Below are positions 53,366-64,000 of a stretch of 64,000 nucleotides of DNA, piece after piece. This stretch comes from Eledone cirrhosa (Eukaryota). The position numbers and the translations under genes are program-made. Under the pieces are notes generated by a model that made no database searches, had not been told where the DNA came from, and was given only the letters and a program-made list of their open reading frames with translations. Positions within the stretch are counted from its first letter, which is position 1, and each line of letters opens with the position of its first letter. The stretch spans positions 91,760,001 through 91,824,000 of the forward strand of contig OZ024742.1 of the NCBI GenBank assembly GCA_964016885.1. Direction: 5' to 3'.

Positions 53366-56229
53366 TTGTAATTTATACTTATTTACATATATCCGGATAT
53401 TAACTAAAACACTAATTCAACATATTCATATCCCATCCTTTCGCTCTTAAAACGTCTTATTAAACCAGTAGTTAATATTTATTAAATAGAACTGTCCTAA
53501 ATGTTCAAACCCCTATTTAATATAGCAGTTAATGATAGATACTCTCTCAGTTTTCATGATAAATATTCAGATGTTCGGTTAAATGAACATCCAATTACTG
53601 AGTGTTTCAAGGATGTGTACACTTAATTTAAATCCCGAGCAGAGACCGCATAATACAATATGTAACTATGCTAGATTTCGAATTAAAGGTGCAATCCATC
53701 CAACGGGTTTCTGCGTATTTTTGGTCCGATTAATTTCCCTCACAAGGCTTGCGCCGATCTAAGGCTATGATAATTACACTTCTTCAAGTTGCCTCGCAGT
53801 GGGATCGAACCTGAGTTTTCATGTTAGTAAAGCGAAATCTTTAACCATGCAACCATGCTTGAGTCCACAGTAACAAGCCATTATAGAGACAGGGATATAT
53901 TTCCGGTTACTGGCGTCTGCGATTTGGTTTCACTTCCCTCTAAAATAATTTTATTTCCATTATATTTCTGGCGCCCTTGGGGATATACGAACATCGCATT
54001 AGAATGCCTTAATTTCCTTTCCCTGTAAATCTGGGGCTATGTTTTTAATTAATATAAACCTGTATCGATAATTGCTGTGTTGTAGAGTATCAGTGAAAGT
54101 TACTGGTCACGTATTGTTTTATTCATTTGTTCAGAGACAGAGCTTCTGTTATTGTCACGCACTTTTTTTTAAGATAAAAAATAGAGGTAAATGTATTACT
54201 TTACTTCACTGGTGACCTTTGCACTAGATGAATTGGGCGTCAACCATGAAGCTACTAAAGCAAAAGTCATAGTTACGATAATATATCTTATCTCGATCAG
54301 ACAACTCCTTTTCAGCTATTGTTAACTACGTCTTCAGAGAATGTCAAATAGTGGGTTCGGACCAAACTATGACACAGCTGTTATTAGGCGGTAACCCTTA
54401 ATTAATTTATATATTGTATACAGGTGTAGTGACAAGGAGGCCGAATGTCTAAATATTCGACTACCTCTACATTGGTGATGAATTCAGAACAGTTACTAGT
54501 TCCATTGAGCTGCAGAACACTTATATTCCTTCAAGCAGAACACTTATATTCCTAAACTTTTTTTTCAGGAATATTTACTTGAACATTTGTGACATACAGG
54601 TCATGCTGAATTTATATTTTGGACTATTCGATTACGATGGATGGTTATACTAAATGTTAATGCTGGTTGTATATGGTTAGGGTAACTTATAGTAAACGAA
54701 ATGGCTTTAGGTTAGAAATGTTACATTACGTCCCTTTCTCAAGAAGAAAACCCTTTGAATCCAGCTACCCACCATCCTATAACTTCTAATATATTAATCA
54801 ATCGAAAATGCAATAGATCACATTTTCTTTATTCACTTTTATCACCAATACAGCATCAATAGCCAGATCTAGTGGAGACATGGTTTCTATTATTACTCTC
54901 CAGTAATTTGTGCGGTCTTAGTCCGTCACCTCCTTATGTAATCAACCGTGCAACCTTAATAAAGCCATAATCGCCATGCTCACCTCTTCCACGCTCCAGT
55001 AATCTCTCAGCATTCAGAAATTTGGAGAAATAATGCTTTAATCTGATGAAATATTAATCTCCCTCTAGCTTTGGATAAAACCGTAATATTTTACCTGAAA
55101 GCATTCCCAGAACTCGTTTCCTATAGTTAGAATACATTTTATTGTTATTAAGGTTATATACTTTTTTATATGAATAATTCACTTATGTTTTGTTTTCAAA
55201 CTGATTTCTACTTTTCTTATATACTTATGTTCATAAATATGTATATTGAACTTGTTAAACTGCCAATATTTAATACTTAGATCTTTGAATGGAAACTTTA
55301 ATCCGTCAGCCGGTTTAACCTCCGGGCCTTAATTGCACAGAGGCCCCGAAATGATTTGTGGGTGATGCACTCCTTTCTCTATGATTTTGAAACAATGCAG
55401 AATAAAAATCTAAATTATACGCTTTGACCGATACTAAAATATCTGTATCAGATAGAATATCTTAGCCATAACAGTGTATTGGTGTTAATAAGATGATGTA
55501 ACGGATAAATAAATTTAGCCCGGCGCTGTTGGCAATCGATTAGATAGCAAACTAAGAGAGCTCATCAAATATCCATGACCACACTGCCATCCGTTAATCT
55601 ATCTGTCAACTAACATATGCAAAATTATGTTTATTGTTTTTTAGAGTATTTGCAGTTGCTAGAATCTATGAGGGCATCGTGTTTTGAAAAGATACGTAAG
55701 GGTCCAAACACCCAAACTCCTGAAAATCAATTAATAAATGTATCTGATATATATGCTTGTTTTATAGATTTAGATAAATAAGTATGTTATATTTACTGTT
55801 CATAGTCAAAATAGATATTAATATTAACTGCAAAGTAAAGTGTCAGTATAATACAGAGGTCGATATAATCGACTATCCCGATCCCTATACATTTTTTTAT
55901 ATAATGACTGTTTACTTCAAAGTTTGGTGAGTGGGGTGATACCTGTGAATCCTTGAGTAATGCGGATCTAAGTCATTATATACATATATATATATCGAAA
56001 TAAAGTAGGTATCTTTTAAGGTAATCCAAGTGGAGGTTACGACGAGTAATCAGTACTGTGGAGGATTTTAACGTGCGACATTGGTTGACTCGACCAGATG
56101 TTTACTTAGTTGTGGTGTTCGGATGGCTGATGCACAAATGATTTTATCCGTCGCAACAGGTGGAAAGTATATCACGACGACGAGGGACATGTAAACACTG
56201 TTGAGGTAAATACAAAAGAGAAATACGGA

Positions 56230-58700
56230 TTTAAATCCTGTAAAAACCCACCCAGTAACCCCCAACTTCATGCATTTGATTAACATGATTAACGGGATCA
56301 GATTTAAAAAGACGCACGGGTCAAAACAAACTGCAAAAGGACATCAATGCACTGTTGAAAAAATCACTCAATACCGGCGGGCAACGCGTTGAATGTATAC
56401 ACCATGAACATAGACACTTACAACAACTTTATCTGCAGAGAACTACACAAAAATACAGGAAAACTACGAAAGCAACACGTGCAGTCATTAACAACGAAGG
56501 ATTTAATATAGTGAAAAAACTTGAAGTTGCTGATCGAACAGAACCTTTAACCCCATGCAGCCCCACTTTTAACCTGAAAGACCATAAAAATAATTTTGAA
56601 GCGAACCCTATAATTAGACTGTTATACCCATCCAAATCTGACATAGGTAGAATTAGCAAGCATATAGGGTAATAGCGCAAATCAAAGATAAACTAAAGAT
56701 GAGGCTATGGGGTAGCACTAGTGAGGCAATCGATATGTTTAATAGTATAGACAATAAGGGAGCCTTCAAATTCATACAATTCGATATTAATGATCACTAT
56801 TCATCCATTTCCTCAATCATCCTAAATAAGGCACTAGCATTCGCCCAGGAGAACTCAGATCTAACCATGGATGAAATTAGGATAGTAATAGCTGCTAGGA
56901 GAATGGTCATTAAATTCGAAAACTGGGAACGACGTGATAGACCAAATAACTTTGATATTACTATGGGATCTAGTGATTCAGCGCAAGTCATGGAAATAGT
57001 CGGAATATATATCGCTCATAATATCCATAAGGAATTCGATATCCTCCAATGAGTAATTTATAGAGACGATGCGCTCCAACTAGCTAAAAACATAAATAAC
57101 CAGAACCTAGAAAGGTTACAGAGAATATAATAGTCTTCTTTAGTAGACTAGGCCTCGAAATTACATTCGAACATAATTGTAAAAAAGCTAATTTCTTAGA
57201 TGTAACACTTAACTTAAACACGGAATCAATAGAACCTTTTAATAAAAATAATGAAAACCAAGCGTACATCAACTATCAATCTAACCATCCACATTCCTTA
57301 ATCAAAGAAGTAGCACATACTATATCCCTTAGAATATCCCACCTATCCTCTACACTAGAAATATTTAAGGAACCGCAGTACCCAAGGCAAGTCACAAAGA
57401 GGGGCTCGAATACATCTATGATAGCGACCGTGACAATCATACACCAAGCGACAACTATGATGCCCACCATAATAGGAATAACAGACATAGGACGTGACGT
57501 AGAAATAAACAACATAAACAAGGAATAGCCGAGCAAAATAAGAACATAGGAACTTCTAAAACCTTTTAAAATATCTAGGAAGAAACAATATTAATGGTAT
57601 AATCCAGTTTTCAATCATGCAATCAATATCAATATTCTTTAATCTAATAAATAAACACTTCCCAAAACCACATAAATACCACAAAATCTACAATATGAAA
57701 ACTATTAAACTACCATTTTCTACCGCAGCAAATATAGAAACATACATAAAGAAACTCAACTAAAAAATAATCTCTCAAAATATTGGTCCACATACCAGCT
57801 ACACAATATAATATCAAATGCAACACTATAACGGCATTGCAACTAGTCGGTCGACAATATATGACACACCAACACAACATAAACAGACCAACATCCCAGC
57901 CTTATTCAAGTCATACATCAGACTATAACGTAGAGCCACACACAGGAAGGCCACTAAATTTAATTGCCACCTACCAGATGAAAGCCCACCTTGAATCCAA
58001 TGTATTGTATCTATGTATCATAAATTCGGGCGAGCAGGAATGGTACTACGTAGATTGTACAGCAAAAGAATTCAAGAAACGCTGGTAGGTGCATAAGCAC
58101 TCGATTAAAAACCGCAAACTCAAAAACACGACGACGCTGGCCATTAAAATCTGGCAGCTTACGAATAACAAACAAGAATACAAAATAGTTTGGACCAAAT
58201 TCTCTAATGCCCGAGCTTACACACACGGATGCCCCAATGCAAATTATATAATATGGAATTACTCTATATTTTACAATGCAATAGCAAATGACTAAATAAC
58301 AAGATTGAACGCACAATTTACTGTCGACACAAATACGCCAGCACATTCATGAACTATAAACCAAAACAACTGGATTTGGTCCAATAACCTAGCTGTTTAT
58401 ATAAAAACTACAATTTCTCAGGCTTATAACATTTGAAAACTAGGCGCCAATAGATAATCTACACTTCTTTCTTATCACCATAAAAGGACACCACATTACA
58501 AATCTATCATACTTTATCTTGCAAACATAGCCATTTATCTATCACTAACTGCAATAAAACAATTAAACCAAGAGTAAGCAAAATAATTAAAAATGCACAT
58601 CCAACCTTCCAACGTCGTCAAAGGACGAACCATTAACCAATCAGATGCAAGAAAAGCTGACAATCTAAAGACACACCTTCATTAAATACGACTTCTCTCT
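56230..58700 (+). mobile_element. Decayed Penelope-like element (RT plus C-terminal GIY-YIG endonuclease)
   Basis: LKDHKNNF..RLLYPSKSDIGRISK, FIQFDINDHYSSI, FDITMGSSDSAQ, IYRDDAL, NFLDVTLNL; NVLY..YYVDCT..FKKRW..HKHS..TTLAIKIW; CRH near the end; many stops and frameshifts. Confidence 0.88.
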
Positions 58701-58768
58701 CAATATACAGCTCTCTATACGTCTCTTATCCTCGCATATGTTATCAGTTATTTATTATTATTATTATT

Positions 58769-58950
58769 TGGATTGGCAGTATCGGTAGCGGGTCGGACGC
58801 CATGCTTACCAGCATAGTTACGTCCCCTTACGATCTGAGTTCAAATCCCGCCGAGGTTGACTTTGCCTTTCATCCTTACGGGGTCGATAAAATAAAGTAC
58901 CAGTAATGCACTGGGTAATTGCTGGCCTTGTGCCTAAAGTAGAAACAATT
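58769..58950 (+). mobile_element. Young tRNA-derived SINE in an (ATT)n tract
   Basis: A-box tggcagtatcgg, B-box gagttcaaatcc, ATT repeats on both sides. Confidence 0.93.
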
Positions 58951-59913
58951 ATTATTATTATTTTCATTCTTTACTTTTATTATCATATTCCTTTATCTTT
59001 ATTACCCATCGGACATGTAAATTCCTACGTTTATTTATTTCACTTTATTTTCATCTTAATGTCTGTATACCTCAGTATAAATACGCTGTACCACCGATTC
59101 CAAAATCAATATTTTGATAATTTGCCTGGTATAAGCAGTATTTAAAATCGAATTTCATAATAACAATGCAGATAGCGATTTTAAGACGAATTCGATTACA
59201 TACTAGCCAATGAAACATATGTTAATGCTTGGAATAAACTCTACTGTATAGTTTAACTGTGTTAATCTTCATTCATTCGCTTATATATATATACGTTTAT
59301 ACATTTATTTATATATGCAGACATATGCACGCCCAAATTTGGCTTAGCTCTGGGACACATAGCCAATACCTTTAAGGATCTTGGTAAAGAGTAGCCGAAA
59401 ACCTATCTGGCTATCGCAAGAGTCCAACATTGTCTTAGGCAAGTGTTTATTCTTGTTTATCATGTGGTCTATTATGTTGCTAAAGTTTAAGTAAATTTAT
59501 TCCATATGCCACCACCAATAAATGAAACTTTTTTTTAACAAGTGGGGGAAAATATCGGCTATATATATATATATATACATATATTTTTCTGTTGACTTAT
59601 ATTCCCCCCTACTTTCTACTTTACCCTTTACATACATACATCCACCACCCTTATCCTTTACTCAGTTTACTCTTTAACCAGATACCCTTATCTAGATCTC
59701 TTCGCATACATTTCTCCCTTACCTACTCTTTATAATTGTGTTTATTTCATCTTTACTCCCCTCTTGTCCTCACTTACCCACTAGGTTTTATGTTCTCACA
59801 TAGGACTGAGTGCGGGCGCATTCGCAGACAGACTCATGTATACTTACCTTTATAGGTTTTTGATTATTCTTTTGTATAAGTGTTTTGTGTATATCTGTTT
59901 GTGTGCGTGTATT

Positions 59914-60031
<118 letters not shown>

Positions 60032-60297
60032 CGGAAAAAATTTAACGAAATTCCATTTCTCACTCTTAGTACGGCTGTTACTTAAATATAAGTATGTATA
60101 CGTACATACATATATGTATACAGACGTACAGTAGTATGTATACATATATATACATACATGCACACATATATATATGTACGTATGGATTCACCGAACATTT
60201 ATTATAATGCTCGGTGTGTTTGTAAACAAACATCCCGAATTAAGCCGTACAGTGTCTAGCAAGCATTGTTGCTCATTTGTTCAACACTGACAAAGGA

Positions 60298-60340
60298 ACG
60301 CTGTACTAGTTTCAAGCTTATTAGCTATCGTCAGCAACGT
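60298..60340 (-). ncRNA. Minimal type I hammerhead, canonical core
   Basis: Minus strand: acgttg-CUGACGA-t agc taataa gct t-GAAA-ctag-UA-cagcgt; palindromic stem III ACUAGU. Confidence 0.82.
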
Positions 60341-60864
60341 ATACCTTCCTGCCAGAGTACAACGTTCCTTTGTCAGTGTTGAACAAATGAGCAACGATGG
60401 TTGCTAGACACTGTACGGCTTAATTCGGCATGTATGTATATATGTATGTGTATGTATGTGTGTGTATATATGTATGTATGCGTGTTTATGTTTGTATGTG
60501 TACGCTTGTATGTGTGTGTGTATGTATGTTTGTGTGTATATATATAGATATATTTATATATATATATATATATGTGCATATGTGCGTGTGTATATATTGT
60601 GTGTAGTTATGTGTGGTTATGTATATATATGTTTGTATATGTATATATATATTTATATATAAGTATGTACACGTACATACATATATGTATACAGACGTAC
60701 AGTAGTATGTATATATATATACATACATGCACATATATATATATGCACGTATGGATTCACCGAACATTTATTATAATGCTCGGTGTGTTTGTAAACAAAC
60801 ATCCCGTATTAAGCCGTAGTGTCTAGCAACCACCGTTGCTCGTTTGTTCAACACTGACAAAGGA

Positions 60865-60907
60865 ACGCTGTACTAGTTTCAAGCTTGTTAGCTATCGTCA
60901 GCAACGT
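60865..60907 (-). ncRNA. Minimal type I hammerhead, second tandem copy
   Basis: Same as 60298-60340 except one stem II loop base (taacaa). Confidence 0.82.
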
Positions 60908-61757
60908 ATACCTTCCTGCCAGATTGTTGAACGTATATACTTACCTTATGCATATTAACTGCTGAGAAGCTCAATTTGCATATCGAGTGGGTTAATCGAC
61001 GGGTGCACCGAAAACGATAAACGGAAAAAAATGAAACGATATTTCATTTCCCACTCTTAGTACGGCTGTTATTTAAATATAAGTATGTACACGTACATAC
61101 ATATATGTATACAGACGTACAGTAGTATGTATATATATATACATACATGCACACATATATATATGCACGTATGGATTCACCGAACATTTATTATAATGCT
61201 CGGTGTGTTTGTAAACATTTTTTCCGTTTATTTATATATATATATATGTATATATGTGTAGATGTATATTTATGTATGTGTGCGTGTATATATGTATATA
61301 TATATGTACATGTGCGTGCATATGTATTTGTACATATGCGTGTGTGTATATATGTATGTATATTTATATATATGTAAATATATATGTATGTGTATGTGGT
61401 TGTATGTATTTTTTCTCATGTGTGTAAGTTTATGTTTATATTATACCTTTATTTGGTTCTATGCATATGTTTACGGTTTTAGTTGTGTGTACGCGGTGAT
61501 TATAGGCCTTTGTTTTTTGTTTGTATAGTCTTATGTATGTGTATGTATATGTGTGTATGTGTATGTATATGTCTGTATAGTCTTATGTATGTATATGTGT
61601 GTATGTGTGTGTGAATGTATATATTTATTTATATATGCATATACACATACATTTGTGTATATTCTTATACGCGTGGTTGAGTGTATGTGCGTGCATGTGT
61701 GTGTATATGTATGTGTGTATGTATATGTGTATATATATGTGTGTATATATATATACA

Positions 61758-61811
<54 letters not shown>

Positions 61812-62160
61812 ATGTTTATGCTGTATTTGTGTGTGTATATATATATATATGTTTATATATATACATTTTTTTGTGCAATTGCTTACCACGTGTGTTTGTT
61901 TATCTTTATCTGTCCCCTCACCCCACCCCACCAGACCCCTCTCTTATTGTTGTCAACGTGCTATTTTTCCATTCTTTATTTTTTTAATTTTTGACTTTAA
62001 TTATTTTTTGCTTTTATTTATTTATTATTATGACTTCATGTATATGTATGTATTTGTCTATGCCGGTTGATACATATACGCCTATGTGACAGCTTATTTT
62101 TTTAAGTATATGCGCGTGGTCGAGTGTGTATATGTTTGTTTATTTATTTTTATATATATA

Positions 62161-62216
<56 letters not shown>

Positions 62217-62301
62217 CACCACCACCCCACTCTCAAGAGAGTGAAATTAATAAACATTCGTTGTACTGCCTCTCTGTTTTGTTCCTGTTAAAATTTTCCA
62301 T

Positions 62302-62332
<31 letters not shown>

Positions 62333-62685
62333 GTATGTATGTATGTATGTATATATATATGTGTGTGTGTGTGTGTATATATATACTTATATATATAATC
62401 CTTTTTTTCATTCTGACGACTGAAAGCAGATTTATTTGCTTTCAAGAAACTACTGGTACATGAAATAATTATCTTATGTTGTCTATTACATAACTAATAA
62501 GTTCTGTAACCTACATAGAGCACTCTTTTTGACTGTACCTTTCCGACGGAATTACTTCATTTATAAATACATACACACACACATATATATATATATATAT
62601 GTAAAAGTTATATTTATTGTTGGGATACAACAAGCAAATATTTTTATAACTGATATAAAGCACTCAACAAATTATTGGAGTAAAA

Positions 62686-63121
<436 letters not shown>

Positions 63122-64000
63122 ATATATATATATAAATTAATGTTATAGCTTGAAATAAGAAGGGATTTCGTGTGCTCCTAATCCAATCCCCCTACACCAT
63201 ATATGGAGATATTATTTGTCCTCGGAATTCATATTTGTTATGTCTCTTCTATATTTACCATCCTCATTACTCACATGAACAATAAAATGCTTTCAATAAT
63301 TCAGTTGAGAATACTTTGATGATATTTCATTTGCTTTCTGCTATCTGAGTTCAAATCTGACCGATCCTGCTTTGCAGCTCATGTTTTCTTGGTCGATAGA
63401 ATATAGTAGCAGCCTAGGCCAGTAAATTAAGGGGATAAAGAAAATGTTAGATCTCTTGCTGTCATCTGTTCTGGTTCGTTTCATTCTGAGTTCAAAGACT
63501 GAGCTTTACTTGGGTGGTAGACTTCATTCACCGCCAGTCTAACCATCACCACCTTGTACTTGAGCGCATTTAGTGGAGTCTAATCTGTTGCAAGCATACG
63601 GGTTAGGTCGCCGGTTTGAGGATAACTTTCCCTCTTCTTTCTTTACACCAGATTTGGAGGCCCTGTTAGGGGTTACGATCATTGCTCCTCTCTTTTTCAC
63701 TAAAAAATAAAACAAAAACAATGACGGAGAAAGGTGAGTATGGCTTGGATGAAAGGCTTACTGAAAGACTGTGCCTGTCAGCTGGAAATCACTGTTGGGG
63801 GAATGTCCAAGCTCTTGGCATTAAATGTAACCCAGGATCTGTGAGTTTCATCTATAGGCATCAGATGGCTGTATTCATATTTTGACATGATTTGTCTCTT
63901 CATTTCCTATTTTCTGTGTACGCTGTTGTTTTTCCTGTATGTAGGTGTGTCTGTAACCGAACCAACGTCTTTATAAATTTTCCTTTTAATACCCATTCGT

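Larger units (their letters stand above)
60050..61217 (-). mobile_element. Partial tandem repeat element with two hammerheads and an inverted segment (retrozyme-like or Penelope pLTR-like)
   Basis: Shared block at ~60063-60228, 60657-60798 and 61053-61217; 60235-60307 inverted at 60356-60428. Confidence 0.8.

Noticed and set aside
60050-61217. Repeat-spacer pattern suggesting a CRISPR array
   Set aside because: Eukaryotic context; repeats are over 140 bp with microsatellite spacers and no cas genes

Overview
AT-rich, microsatellite-dense metazoan DNA with no host gene that I can support. The dominant tRNA-derived SINE resembles octopod cephalopod SINEs, which is an inference from recall. Contents: (1) a ~10.6 kb head-to-tail array (12.2-22.9 kb) of six copies from two families of R4/Dong-type RLE non-LTR retrotransposons inside one (AAT)n tract, one copy near full length; (2) fragments of CRE-like, RTE/BovB-like, CR1-like and Penelope-like retroelements; (3) many SINE copies; (4) numerous fold-back palindromes from 60 bp to 4 kb. 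The least explained signal is about 14 hammerhead-ribozyme-like motifs from several unrelated short non-coding element families sitting in (TA)n/(CA)n tracts. They include canonical minimal dimer-type hammerheads, a tandem pair that could release a 567-nt RNA, a long-stem-II family, two unrelated U3-A8 core variants, and one candidate with a non-circularly permuted strand order (2911-2982). All ribozyme calls come from manual motif and base-pair reading; none is tested.
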